DNA of 64,000 nt, from positions 13,566,275 to 13,630,274 of the forward strand of contig NC_134032.1 in NCBI RefSeq assembly GCF_964204645.1, written 5' to 3'. The stretch is from Tubulanus polymorphus. Taxonomy: Eukaryota; Animalia; Nemertea. A program made the translations under genes and the position numbers. Shown piece after piece: positions 47,621 to 61,728 of this stretch (its first letter is position 1; each line of letters begins with the position of its first letter). The notes under the pieces were generated by a model, which ran no database searches, had not been told where the DNA came from, and was given only the letters and a program-made list of their open reading frames with translations.

Positions 47621-50600
47621 TCAGCATTCGTTGAACCATCGTTTAGCTTTAGGTGCCGGACCGGCGGTTGTCCCGTAGCCTCGTTGGTATTGCCAGTACT
47701 GACCGCCCTTGAAGAAGTAGAGGTAACCATTGACGTTGACGACGGCGTCCAGGTTTCCGGGCATACCCGGAAAATGCCGATCTATCTGCTGTTTCGGGTA
47801 TCGTTCAACGCTCAGATAATATTCGTTGAAATAGTAAAATATATCGTCCTGAAAACGAGAAATAGATTTTGAATTGTCGAGTCCGGTGTTAAAGTTCCCG
47901 AACAATAGGCTAGCTACGCATAGTGGTCACAATACCGGGAATTACATTTAAGACTTCTTGGTAAATTTGTCTTTGGTGCGACCTTTGTTCTTCGTAACTA
48001 CTAAATAACTGAACTCAATTTTCTAAATCGAGACTTCTTGGTTGAAATTTAGATTTCTTGGTTGATATGTCTTTGGTAGGACCTTTGTTCTTTTGGTAAA
48101 TGGGTTTTACTGAAATACTGAACTTGATTTTCCACTACATACTGTACTAAATTTTCGAAACGTATATACTTTGTTTTCTGATCCGCCCCATAAAAGTCTT
48201 TGACCATTTACAATAGAATTTTCCTTCCATTTAAAAAAAGTAGATAATTATTATTTACCTCGAAGAGATAGATTCGGCCGAATCGATCAATCATGGAGGC
48301 GCTTGGGCGTCTCGGGTAAACAGTGTCCAGACTGCGATCTACGGGGAATCCCCATTCTTTCTCGTATTTGCCGTATGTGTATGTATATCGATAAATATCC
48401 GTATCTGTTGAAACGAGAGAAAAACAACACATAAATAATAGATAGGAATGACATGGCACCATCCAGAGTACTAAACGGTATTTTCGATTCAAAACAATGG
48501 ATTTAATTGTATATTTTCCCCGACATTTCGATCTGTGAATTAATTATGGAAATATTGCGTGCAGGATACAAAATTCAGTCTTAAACATTGTATTCATATT
48601 GCGATTGGGAGGGTCGGTACTGTGATAAAGTCAGTGAAATCCCTAATCTCCCAAACAGAGATATCGTCATGGGAAATGACGAAAAGATTTTTCGAATATC
48701 CTTCGCAAAATTGCTCCAAAGATTTCTCACCAAAAACTCTTGAGAGTCTTTCATTTGCATATGTTTTCTTTAATCTTTAAAACCGAATTGCATTTAAGAA
48801 TTAAGCATTTTCGTGAGGCGGCGGTCCGATAGATGTTCACACAGAATCGATCAATTTAAAATCGTACCTTTGAAAATGTAAAATTTGCGAGTTCGGAAAG
48901 AATAGGAGGCGCCACTGACGACGTTCGGGGCACCAGGGAAGACGTCACTGATTGGTTTCGGGTATCCAGGTAGCAGTCCACCACTAGTGTACGTAGCGTA
49001 CACCCATCCGTTGTAGAATATATACATATGAGTATCAGGCCCTAAATGAAAATATATGAACGAATAACATTATTAATGATATTTCAGTTATCAAAGATAT
49101 CGTCAGAACATTGTTCAGAGTTTAAACGGACAGGGGCCATGAGTCGCTGAAAGGATGTAGACCATTGCATGCTTAGGACCCAGTTCTGGGATAACCTATT
49201 CCACACATCAGGTATTTATTTGAATATTCGAGGTAAGATTTACAAGTTTTAGGGCCAATTTTCACGAAAAAGGTGAACTCGTATTTTTTTTGGTTAACTT
49301 CATGTTTTCAACCAGCACAGCAATACAAAGTACAAGTTTAAGCTTAAACTTGTTCATGAAACTGGACCCTACACGTTATGAGAAGCAGTTTGGCCGAATG
49401 TTTAAATCATTGGTCAGCTATAGCAGGCCCCATGTATTCGAATCCTACAGAAGACATCTTTTTTGCTAATGCGTCTTGAGTAGCGGTTCAGTTTTGTTAG
49501 GGATTTCTTTTTAGTACCGGTAGTTGAAGAAAAATTCCAGACCCAGTTCCACTGCTTTGAGTTAAGACAACTCAAGTTACAATTAGTTCATTTTGAATGA
49601 GTGAACTCAATCTTAACTCAGTTTACTCTGCTCACAACCGTGGAAACTGGATCATACGCTGTATAAGCCCCTGAAACACCTACCAAAAGCAACGGCATCG
49701 AAGTCCATCTTACAATGATCAGGCGCGTATGGTGATATAGTTGGTCTGGTCGGTGGTTTAGTCGGTTCAGTCGGTTTAGTCGGTTTGGTCGGTTTGGTTT
49801 TAGGTGGTTTCGCGGTAGATTTGACTGGAGGTTTTGTCGGCGTTGACTTCGTCGTAGTAGGTTTAACTGGGGGTCGAGTTGCAGTACCTAATAAATGAAA
49901 ACAATTAATATGAAATTAGTTATCTACGAAACGCCCAAATACTTAAAAAATAGTTGATTCGATTGGCGATGGCAGAGCGGTATTCTCGAGCTGGACTCGT
50001 CAATCAGTGTTTGTAGGGTTTATGGTTTATGCGTTCAGAGCTCCTCGTGGTTATTCTGTGGGTCAGTACCCTCGATAGGAAAAACGTTGCATAAGACAAT
50101 TGAATACAAAAGATAACTAAGACGACACAATTCTATCTTCAATTCAGTTTTGAAAATGGCTTATAGAATTGAGTCAAAACGTCGTTAGTTTTTCCTTATT
50201 TTAGGTTTTTAGATTTTTAAGCCACATCAGCCGTACGAGAGGTACAGCTAGGGCTGAGGGGCGAGGACTGAGGGGCGAGGACTGAGGGGCTCAGCGAGTT
50301 GAGGAAGTATTTCACGTAAGGATAGAACGAACGATTATTTACCGTATAGATGTTGAATTCCCAGAATGTCATCAGTCGTCAGTTTAAAGTTAGGGATATA
50401 GCCTTGATAAAACGGAGCCATCAACGCTTTCGGGGCGGAAGAATGCGCCAGACCTAAAGCGTGTCCGATTTCATGAGCGGCAACGATTTTCAGGTTGACA
50501 CCGCGGTCCTCGCCGTCTGTCCAGTCCTCCGCCTCGTCGAAATGTGTCTCGCCGCTTTCCGGGAAGAATGCGTGGGCCAGAACGGTGCCTGGAATATCGA

Positions 50601-53422
50601 AATAGATATTTATTTATATACAGAAAAATTATATTCGAAGTAGAACTTTAATGGCGTATGATTTTTTCCTAAATTGCATGCATCATTTAAGGCAAACCTT
50701 AAGACCCTGTTAAACTAAACATTCTACACCCTAGTGGTGGTCATATTGAACCAATTAATAACCAACCATTCTGTCCCCTAGTGGTGGTTATTTGAAACAA
50801 TTAATGACCGACCATTCTAGTTGGTGGTTGTCTTGATGGATAAGATCACCTCAATTTGAATCAATTAATAACCAAATGCCGCGTGGTTGTTGAAAAAGGA
50901 CTCACAATGCCCGTCCCCTAGCGGCGGACTCGCGACTCACCTGGACCGTCGAATCTGTTGCCGTACCCGTCGCCGTGGTCGATATGAGGTCGAGCAAATT
51001 TAATCATGATGTCCGCTTTTCCGCCGGCGATTTCGTGGAATGTTAAATTAGCGACGTCGCTCCAGAATTTAAACGATTCGTAAAATATACGTCTGAAAAT
51101 AAAGTGAGAAAAAGTTCAGAATTTCTATTCGAGGTTCTTTTCATTTTTCAACAACGGCATTTTACGAGCAAACGAACCTTTGAGAGCCGCGGTCTAAGTC
51201 TGGAGAATCGTTGGTCATTCGCCAAGTGAGAACGTTCTTCTTCCATTTAAATCCTATGAAAGTAACATATAGAGAATAAATGTACAACTGATTTAATTAT
51301 TTTTTGGTAAAATGTATCGAAGATTTAAACAATTGTATGTTGCAATATTGACCGTCGATGATATGAAATCGAACAGTCGGAACGGAAAAGGGTTCGAAAA
51401 GGTATCCTTGGGTTTACTCAAGGTAACCTCGAGGACTTGTTTCGATCCTTTTCCGAGTGTTGAATCCGATATCAACGTGACACCACGGACACATCCTCCC
51501 CGGCAGGGATTCGAACGTGATGCCATCAGGTGGGAATCCCTGCCGAGGGAGGATGACGGACATAGAGTGTTTCATCAATGCACTCTGATAGGAGGCTGTT
51601 GTCTACCAGTCGTTTCTTTTGAAGGGTGAAGATCCAGTTCCACAGATTTCTCAGTTGAACCCAGGGTTTGAATTAGTCAATTGCAAATGATTCAACTTAA
51701 TTGGCAAATTACGAACAAAAACGGTGAGACTGGGTCCTATGTTCGGCAGTATACGAAATGTTCAATTTCGACTCTATTTTCGTCTTACCTGGTACTTGAT
51801 AAGCCACGGGTAACGATGGGTCGTTTGGAGGGAATTTATCTTTCACACCGCACCGTGGCGCTAACATCTTTCGCTTGGTGTTCGGATCGAGGAAACCAGT
51901 TTCGGGAAGTTGAGCCATTCGCTGGAACTCTCTGAATTTTGAAATGATGCAGAATTTTAGGTAAAATAATAGAATTTTCATTAAAAGAAAAAAATCTGCA
52001 GACACTGTGGTAAGTGATGCTGCATAAACCGACCCTGGTAAGTGGTTATTTTTGTCTAATTTCCACAGATTGTAGATTGTGCAGAATTAGCATGAACTCT
52101 GGGAAGTGATGTTATGAACGGTTCTGAAGAAACCAACCCTGTTAAGTGGTACTCACTTAATGGCTTCCATTCTGACAACGTTACTGTCCGGAGGTGGTCC
52201 GCCTGTTCCGTTCTTTACGGCACTCCATTCTAAATATCCATACTTCTCCAGAAATTTCTAGAAGGAACAATAAAACACGCTATATACAAATTAGCAGATC
52301 ATCGTCTTTAGAGAGAGAGTCTGAAACTCGCGACTTTTTCATTTTAATTTTTGATTTGATAAATAAACTAGGTTTTTAATCTTCTGAATTTTAATGTAAT
52401 GGGTTTTAATCAGCTATTCTCAAAGTTTGAGTGCACGGACTATTCTACTGTTTTCTTCTAGATTGCTATTTTATGTCAATTATATCATGGTATGTTACGA
52501 TTAGGTCGGTGAAAATTGAAACAAAAATATTTACACGGAAATATGGCGGGTTATTAAAAAGATTTACTACTCGTGTACTATACAAATACATAATTTTCAT
52601 TTTTTGTTTTTACGACGTGGGGGGCGCCAGTTTGGTGAGAGAGGACCGGTCTGCATTGACGCGAGGAACACTGAACGACCGCGGAAAGAACCTACAGTAT
52701 GTACAAAATAAATATCCCTTCGACCTGACCCGAAAACATGCAAAACAATCACTAAATATTCGCGATTAATGTATGAACCTATTATCTATTCTATAATAAT
52801 TGTGGATGATGAATATGTATTGAATGTAATTGGGCAAGTGATAGACATAAGAAATTATATTGCGGATAATTTGTCGGTGTTTTTGCGGTCGTTAATGTAA
52901 TTTGTCGCTGCATCGCTTATTGAATACAAACACGTTAACATAACCGACGAAAACGACGCTACTGTGGCAATCGAGGATTCCGTACGTGTTCGTTACTGGT
53001 GAGGATCCACCAGGTGCGCTAGTTGTGCATTAATGATATCAATTACTCTGGCAATAGTACTGATACTGCTTTGGGGCAATCGGGGATCCACCAGGTGCGC
53101 TAGTGCGCAGAAAGAAGAACACCAATTACTTTGATGATAGATGATTCTACTTTTGTGGCAAGTGGGGATCCGCCAGGTGCGCTAGCATGCCGCAATTTCT
53201 CCTACCGAACATTGCCGATGATTAACGACGATTACTTACATCTGGGTCGACATCGTCAAACGCCTGTCGTTTGTGTCTGAGTTTTATCTGATCCTCTTGA
53301 TTGTTGGTTGTAATTTCGACGTTGTATTTTCGCGCTTGTCGATGTGGAAATGCGGAGGTCAAGGTGACACTCAATACTACGAAGAATATGGCCGCCACGC
53401 CGAAAAATCCCCGTTTCAGCAT
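47621..53422 (-). CDS. Secreted matrix metalloproteinase (M10A) with four-blade hemopexin domain
   Basis: Exons 53422-53240, 52257-52157, 51931-51789, 51253-51178, 51092-50941, 50588-50343, 49887-49684, 49041-48868, 48404-48259, 47848-47621. Signal peptide, cysteine switch [33 protein letters not shown], Met-turn ALMAPFY, P/T/K hinge, hemopexin C...WFNEC. Confidence 0.95.
53000..53190. repeat. Three degenerate ~80-bp repeats in MMP intron 1
   Basis: ggatcc(a/g)ccaggtgcgctag at about 53003, 53084 and 53166. Confidence 0.6.
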
Positions 53423-55599
53423 TTTCCCCTGAAATTAACGAGTATCTTTTAAGAGGTTGGAAATTAATTCCTCACAACTGTGAAAGGAGAACGGAAAATA
53501 ATTCTCCGCATCTGAGATACAGGGCGTGGAAGATTCTCACAAATGTAAAACAGAAGGTGGAATATTTTACACCTCACAAATGTGTTGTAGAGAGTGGAAA
53601 TAAATCCCTCACAACTATGAAACGAAAAGGGGAAATAAATCTTCTCACCACTTCGAGGAACAAAGAGTGGCAAGGTGTGGTACTAGATACTGTGCATACT
53701 CGTCTATTCTAAACTTCGGTAACAATTTTTAAAACCACGTATCTTTAAAGCTATTGTCTAGAAATATGCGCTATTTTTCCCTATTGTTCCTGTGTTTATG
53801 TCTGGAATATTTGTTTAACATGATATGCTATAATCTAATTCACGTCATGCGCCCGGATGTCGAGGTTTTCCGTGAACACTTGACTTCCGGAATACGCACC
53901 ACTCAATGTAGTAGTAGTAGTAGTTTGATATTATCCGATACAAAAACATACTATCAAAACATAAACAGATCCGATCAGTGTACGAGTGCACGCACGTACA
54001 AAGAGTCGGTAGCGTTAAAGATAAAATTGATATCCTAGTATACTCTTTTTCCTTCAAGTCAAAACATCGTCTGTAACAATTGTTGAAGTGCTGATCATAA
54101 AAAGCTCACATTATCTACGAGCGATAAGGCGCAGCCTGTATAGAATCGTGCCAGTAGACATGATTTACGATATCAAAATAAAAGAAAACCCTGTTTCGGC
54201 AGTTACGGTGGGTTTGTAAGCGACACCGAATCAAGTCGAATTAGATCGATATGAATCAAATAAGTAAGACGGACAATTCCTTATTTCAAGATAGAAAAAA
54301 ATTAGATTAGCGAAAAGCAGATTATCCTAATAGAATCAGTTGCAGGTGCTTTCAATTAATAGTATCCTTTGAAAGAAATTTATTTTCAAAAGTGAAAACT
54401 GATTATTTTCCATCGATGAAAAAGTTCGAAATTAATATTTACCTGTTAATATTTCGGTGGCGTTGTGTGTTATATGTTTTTCTTTTACTTGTAATCACGA
54501 CCGTTTTGATATTCTATCGTATTTTCAATCAGTCCTGTACCGTTCTAGTGCCGAGTTCCGGGTGAAGTGAGTGAGAGATGAACAACGCTTGTGCAGCTTT
54601 TATCGAATACAAACCAGGATTTCCTAGAAATTCGTCATCACTCGACGCTGCATATAGAACAAGGGAATCCCCCAATTACACAGCTATCAGTTATCTGATT
54701 CCACCACAAACCGCAAATGACCGTTCAGTCGTTTTTGTTCAACAAGTCAGAGCGAATTTATGAATAAAAATGACGAATCGTGTCCGTGTTAGTGTTAGCA
54801 TTTCATTCAAATTTATTATACAAAAACTAACATACCAAATATGGTGATAGATCCCAATGAGGTTTCGTGATTATTTCATGATAACGGCCGGTATTACTAG
54901 AGATTTGATAAAGGGGCTTTTAGAAAATGGAAAACCTGAGATAATTCTACAACTACTGATATGATCAAAATTTTCCAATCTTAAGAATTTAAGTGATTGT
55001 GGTTAATGATAAGATCGGAGAACTATAGCGAGTCAGGTTCTATCGATTTCTATAAATTCATACAGAAAAACATTTGCCCGTACGAAATAGTGGTTTGGGC
55101 AGTTGTCGGGAGCAGCTAAAACTGAAATAGTGGGTTGGAAAGTTGTCGGGAGCAGCTAAAACTGAGGGTATAAACAGGTTGAGTGGGTGACAGTCGAAAG
55201 AGTCGGGCGGTTGCAGGCACTTTGGGGGTTTAGTGAGGGTGGCAGTTGAGGTTGTGGGCGGGTTCCAGAATTGAATTGAAGGTGGTAGTCGAAGAATTGG
55301 AGTGACTAGTATTAATTCCAATAACCGATCCACGATACAAAATGGCGGCTTTTTCAACCGTAGCAAATATCTCGTATCTACTGGTCCAAAAATGCAGGGG
55401 TCTAGAGAGTCCAAAGGGTTAGTAAGGGTTTAGTACTAAAGTACTAAACAAAAACCGTTACTTTCGTTCCGTCTGGATCGGTTGGGGCACTCACATGCTT
55501 GCGTGTTCGAATCCAAACTTTCGCAAAAATTACTTAGATACAGCAAAATTACGCATGCGCAGTGGAGAATCGCGGATCGATTATTATAAAATCAACCAA

Positions 55600-56740
55600 T
55601 TGGACTGATTTCGGAGTAAAATATGTGGCAGTCGAGGAATTGGACTGGTTTCGGAGTAAAATATATGGCAGTCGAGGAATTAGACTGGTTTCGGAGTAAA
55701 GTGTGTGGCAATCGAGGAATTAGACTGGTTTCGGAGTAAAATACGTGGCAGTCGAGGAATTAGACTGGTTTCGGAGTAGAATGTGGCTATGGAGGAATTA
55801 GACTGGTTTCGGAGTAAAATATATGGCAGTCGAGGAATTAGACTGGTTTCGGAGTAAAATATGTGGCTATGGAGGAATTAGACTGGTTTCGGAGTAGAAT
55901 GTGGCTATGGAGGAATTAGACTGGTTTCGGAGTAAAATATGTGGCAGTCGAGGAATAAGACTGGTTTCGGAGTAAAATATGTGGCTATGGAGGAATTAGA
56001 CTGGTTTCGGAGTAAAATATGTGGCAGTCGAGGAATTAGACTGGTTTCGGAGTAGAATGTGGCTATGGAGGAATTAGACTGGTTTCGGAGTAGAATGTGG
56101 CTATGGAGGAATTAGACTGGTTTCGGAGTAAAATATATGGCAGTCGAGGAATTAGACTGGTTTCGGAGTAAAATATGTGGCAGTCGAGGAATTAGACTGG
56201 TTTCGGAGTAGAATGTGGCTATGGAGGAATTAGACTGGTTTCGGAGTAGAATGTGGCTATGGAGGAATTAGACTGGTTTCGGAGTAAAATATATGGCAGT
56301 CGAGGAATTAGACTGGTTTCGGAGTAAAATATGTGGCTATGGAGGAATTAGACTGGTTCCAGAGTAAAATGTGTGGCAGTCGAGGAATTAGACTGGTTTC
56401 GGAGTAAAATGTGTGGCAGTCGAGGAATTAGACTGGTTTCGGAGTAAAATATGTGGCAGTCGAGGAATTAGACTGGTTTCGGAGTAGAATGTGGCTATGG
56501 AGGAATTAGACTGGTTCCAGAGTAAAATATGTGGCAGTCGAGGAATTAGACTGGTTTCGGATTAGACTGGTTCCAGAGTAAAATGTGTGGCAGTCGAGGA
56601 ATTAGACTGGATTCGGAGTTGAATGCGTGGCTATGGAGGAATTAGACTGGTTTCGGAGTAAAATATATGGCAGTCGAGGAATTAGATTGGATTCGGAGTA
56701 GAATGTGTGGCAATCGAGGAATTGGACGAGTTTCGGAGTT
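55600..56740. repeat. 38/40-bp minisatellite (about 28 units)
   Basis: Constant gaggaattagactggtttcggagt followed by aaaatatgtggcagtc or agaatgtggctatg variants. Confidence 0.97.
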
Positions 56741-57715
56741 GGCGGGTAGTCGGTTAAAAACGCCAGAGTCCGAGAGAAAGTAATTGTGAACATGACATCG
56801 TTCAGTGTTCAAGCAGGGTAAAAGACGAGACAAGGTTATTGTCCAACATTCGATTACAACCAACTTTCAAGTGCGTTTTTTAAGAGATTAAGAGCAAGTT
56901 AAGTTAACGTAGAAGTTAGGAGTGTTGTCAAAAGTTGGCTGTAACTGATATGATTAAGACACGTGGCAGTAGATATGAGATTGAAATTAGGATAATGGGA
57001 AGTTTAGCCTTAAGGGGAGGGAGAGTTGAAGTCGTAGGGAAGGAGTTGGAGACGTGGTTGAGTCACCACATGCCACAAAAAAACAACACGATGTAAAGGA
57101 ATTTATTGACACAAAAATGCATACAATGGTAGAGTTCAACGGACTCCGCTAAAACCGGTACCGGTTTATCCGGTAATACATGTTTATGTTAAATTCGGTA
57201 TAATAAAATAAGATTTAACAATATACTATCATGTCGATGGTGATATAAGATACATCGCTTCCCTCAACTGGTAGCAATTATGTAATTCGTCATTTCCAGT
57301 AACTTTCTTAATTCATATGTTGTTATGATGTACAGGAAATAAAGCAATTGAAAACGATAAATATATCGCTTAATTGATTTATGTAAATACCACCGAAAAA
57401 ATGCCACCAGTGAAAATTACAAATAATCAGCAAGTAAATCAATGTTATTGATATCTTTTATGAACGGTTTAAACAAAGGTTGCTCAAGTTTATGTTCTAA
57501 AATCTTTAGATCGAACGTGTTTACAATGTGATCAATTACATACTGATTATGAATGTGATTTAAAGTATGAATAGACACATCATTTTCATATATACAATAA
57601 TATTGACAAATACAATATAATACAAATACAATATATCGGACTTAACAAAAAATTTAAAGAATAGCAAACTAGGGGGTTCTAGAATACATTAGTGAATATA
57701 TGATTCAGAAGCTAA

Positions 57716-57937
57716 GGCCAAAAAAAATTGATACCTTGTTTCTCCGCTCTGCTGAGATTAAATGTTGACCCGGCCGGCCGCCTATCTACCCTATACATTA
57801 CTTTTTTAAAAAAATCGTGATCCATTTTACCATAACAGACCCGGCCGCTATAGAAATGAACTGTTTATAAATTTCATCATATTTTACAAAAATGACCCGG
57901 CCGCTGCGGAGAAACAAGGTATCATTTTTGTTTAGCC
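57716..57937. mobile_element. Tourist/PIF-Harbinger-like MITE (TAA duplication)
   Basis: TAA|ggccaaaaaaaattgataccttgtttctccgc ... gcggagaaacaaggtatcatttttgtttagcc|TAA. Confidence 0.8.
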
Positions 57938-58565
57938 TAAATAGAAGGAGATCATCATTAAGATGATTGATAATTATTGCAGTTAACTTTAATTGATGTA
58001 TTAAAATAACGTTTTTGCGGTGGCATTTTTTCCTAGTTGCAAAAGCTTGCAATTTTTCCTACTGAGCAAAAGTGGCTATTTACCGGACGGAGCGTGTAAT
58101 TCCACGATTCTGCAGCACTCAGATACATAGTCAATGTCTTACTGGGGTAGATCCTGCTGTACTGGGAAACCATGTGTTGAACTTAAAAATGACGGAAAAT
58201 TCTATTTCTGTTATGTCGCGTTTCCATAGGTCCCCGGATGATTCCACACCAGGTGTTTCTAGAGAAAAAGAACAATTATCGGTTAAATGAAAGCACGGAT
58301 TAAACAAACATGGCAGCAAAAAAACGGACAACATTGATAACAGATGTAACCAAAGTTTGAAAATATGGGACCTGGCTAATTTTGGCGTTATAACGAGAAT
58401 GGCGGTATGAAGAAATGCTCGATATGATCCTTCGAAGCACCATCATCCCAGTCTTGTCATATTGTTCGGGCACTACTTTAAGGACTTTCTACGCTCTTGC
58501 TATCATTAGATTCACCTGAGACCCCTTAATTGACCACGTTACTTTCAGGATAGACGACATTGTTA

Positions 58566-58986
58566 CAGGGTCCCTACAACTCCTAGAATCCTTGAAAACT
58601 CCTTGATTTTTGAATATATTTTTCAAGGTCCTTGAATATCCTTTAATTTTGAGAAATATCCATAAACTCCTTGAAACTCCTTAAATTCTGGGAAAGTCCT
58701 ATTAAAAATTTTCAAAAGGTCCTTTTCAGAAGACAGTGTATTCTATTATTCTTCATTGTGTGACTTGCGAGTGAAAGTTGTTTCACTTTGAGATTTAAAA
58801 CATTTAAACATGTAAAACCAAAACGGCACACACAACAACAGATCAAAATTTGAGAAAAACATGGATTTTGTTTTTGAATTTTCGACTTTTTTTCCTTATA
58901 TATGACCGCAAAAACCTCCTTGAATTTTGAAAATTACTCCTTGAAAAGTCCTTGAATTCTGGATACCAGGAATTGTAGGAACCTTG
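58566..58986. mobile_element. MITE with CAGGG termini and 5-bp flanking direct repeat
   Basis: TGTTA|cagggtccctacaactcct ... aggaattgtaggaaccttg|TGTTA; subterminal tccttga repeats. Confidence 0.7.
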
Positions 58987-59560
58987 TGTTACTTGACTAT
59001 TCAAACAGTGAGTGACGGTATAAACGACAACACTTGTAATGAAAGTTCGCTGATCAATGAACTAACTGTAAAGGAGTGTCTCATTGTCTCAAAGCGTTGT
59101 ACGCTGACAAATAGCATGCAGGGTAGACGAAATCTCGATGCCGGTATTAAGGGGCAAATTAACAATGCTTTAGGAAAGAGCGTTATTACGGGAGCAACAC
59201 TAAATTAGATACGGCTGAAACAGTGCCACAGCAATGTGATGGCGGTAATACGAGGGGCGTCATAACCAGTGACTGAATTCTAGTCTTTATGAATTTTTGG
59301 TATTACTTACTCAGGTTCGGTTGTTAAATGAATCATTTGTTCGTGAAGAGATGTTGAGAGCTGAGGCACAACCTCTTACATGGTATTGAACTGAAAATAA
59401 AGTAAAAGACTATTCATGAATTCATTCTCGAATACATATAAGGCTAAACAAAAATGATACCTTGTTTCTCCGCAGCGGCCGGGTCATTTTTGTAAAATAT
59501 GATAAAATTTGTTAAAAGTTCATTTCTATACGGTTATGGTAAAATTGATCACGATTTTAA

Positions 59561-61728
59561 ACTAGGGGTCCAGGGACACCATGCCCACTTGGGAAGTGGT
59601 TTCAAATGCTCAACAATCTAACAATTTCAATATTCAACGCCCTCTGGTGAGCATATATAAAAACCAATGACCTTGAAACTCAATACAATCATAAAACATG
59701 TCAGCAGCTACGATTTTGTAATTGATTGTGATAACAAAAAATGCTTCGTTACTAATTAAATATGGAAATACTAAGTTAATCTACTATTCAACGCCCCCTG
59801 GTGACCATATTCAAAACCCAATAACCTTGTAACTCACCATATTCATAGAACATGTCATGAACTACAACTTTGCAATTGATCATGGTAACAAAATATGCCT
59901 ATGTACCAATATAATAAGGAAATACCAGGTTATTCTACTATTCAACGCCACCTGGTGACCATATAGAATAACTAATTTCCACAATCATAGATGATGTCAT
60001 GAGCTACAACTTTGCAATTGATTGCGGTAATAAAATATGTATTGGTACAAATATAATATAGAAATACTAAGATATTGTATTATTCAACGCCCCCTGGTGG
60101 CCATATACAAAAAACAATGAACTTAAAACTCACCCCAATCATAGAACACGTTATACGCTACAACTTTCTAATTCATTGTTGTAACAAAATATGCTTAGGT
60201 AACAATATAATGTTGAAAAACTTTTTCCCACCTACGAATGAGTACTAATGACACCAAGATGGCCGCCAATTGCGTCATAATTGGCGGATCAAAAATACCT
60301 ATCTCAGGTATAAAACATCCCTTTACAAAGAATACCCATCACAAATTGCAATGAGAAATGGCAAACCAGTAGGAAGCTACAGGACCTAGAATTCTGGCCA
60401 AAATTGACATTTTTGGGCACTAAAAAGGTCATAGGACGGCCATCTTGAGTCAGATGGACCCAATTTTTCTTATGCTGATGGGCCCTTGGTAGATTAAAAT
60501 ATATTCGAAAGATCAAGGTAATTGATCATATCGTCTTCAAAATTTCCCTCGTAAACTTCGAAAATGTGTAAAAAGTGCTGATTTTGGCGAACAACAATGG
60601 CTGCCAGTCGGCCATCTTGATTCTGATAGGGCCAGCTTTTGGGTTGAAGATGTGTCTAGGGTAGATACATGTATAAACCAAATATCAAGACATTACCTTG
60701 AAGCGTCTTCAAAACTTCCCAAAATAACTGGGGCCGGTTTCACAAAGCATAATTAACTTTAATTATAGTTAGGACCTAAATCATGATTAAATTTCCTTAA
60801 TCATGATTAGTTAATTACGATTAAAATTCGGTTTCACGAAAGGGTTTAATTACAAAATTAACTAATTACATAATTAGGCAACTTAATTACAATTTAACTG
60901 TATCAAAATGGCGGAACTTTAGACAGCCATTTGCTGTCCAAGCATCAACAACAGGAACAACCTTCCTTGTTTAGAAAAAAAGAGAAATTCACTCCTTTGG
61001 GAGTTAAAGATTGCTCTGAAAGGTCTCAAGAACCAGTGGAAAAACTTAGCAAGATGTCTCAAAAGTTTTTAAATAGAAACTCACCTCCAGTCAGCAAAAT
61101 AAAATCCTCGTAAATGGGGTTTATTTCCGAGCAGTGATTAGCACTTTTTAACACTAACTCCATAGATATGTACTCTACTGACAGAAATCTATCATATGTT
61201 TGGACAAAATCAATTAATTCAATACTTCTAAGTATGTGATGGTCGTGCTGACAAAAAACATAGGACGTTTGAAAATAAATCAATAGAATTTAGAGTATTG
61301 ACATGCCTTTTTTACAAAAGGCAGAAAAAATCCAAATTATTTGAGCCAAACAATCTGAAAAACTGAATAAGTGTAGGAATTGCCGTCGTCAATTAATAAA
61401 CACCAAATTCCATGAATAATATCCGCAGCTTTTTGTTTTTAATAATAAACTAATGATGATTAAATGGTTTAATTACACTCTAGAGGAGAATTAAATTTTG
61501 TAATTAACTTAATTATAATTAAAGTTAATTACGTTTTGTGAAACACCTAACTTGATTAAATCATGATAATTTAATCATGATTAGTGTTTTAATCATAATT
61601 AAGGGTTAATTACGCTTTGTGAAACCGGCCCCTGGATTCCGTCCACGGACGGACGAACGGACGGACGGATGGACGACGGACGAAAAGTCAACGCAATAGC
61701 CGGCTGGGACTAAAGTCCCAAGTGGGCT
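59561..61728. mobile_element. Non-autonomous Helentron-type element (HINE / pearl-like)
   Basis: Subterminal IR gcccacttggga (59583) / tcccaagtgggc (61716); four ~150-bp tandem core repeats (59630-60200); (GGAC)n microsatellite 61647-61682; terminal hairpin gggactaaagtccc; inserted in an A/T run. Confidence 0.75.
60731..61631. mobile_element. PIF/Harbinger-like MITE nested in the HINE
   Basis: CTG|gggccggtttcacaaagc ... gctttgtgaaaccggccc|CTG with long ttaatta-rich subterminal IRs. Confidence 0.85.

Noticed and set aside
55600-56740. CRISPR-like look (constant 24-mer plus variable spacer)
   Set aside because: Spacers are short, recurrent variants of one another, there are no cas genes, and the context is eukaryotic; it is a minisatellite.
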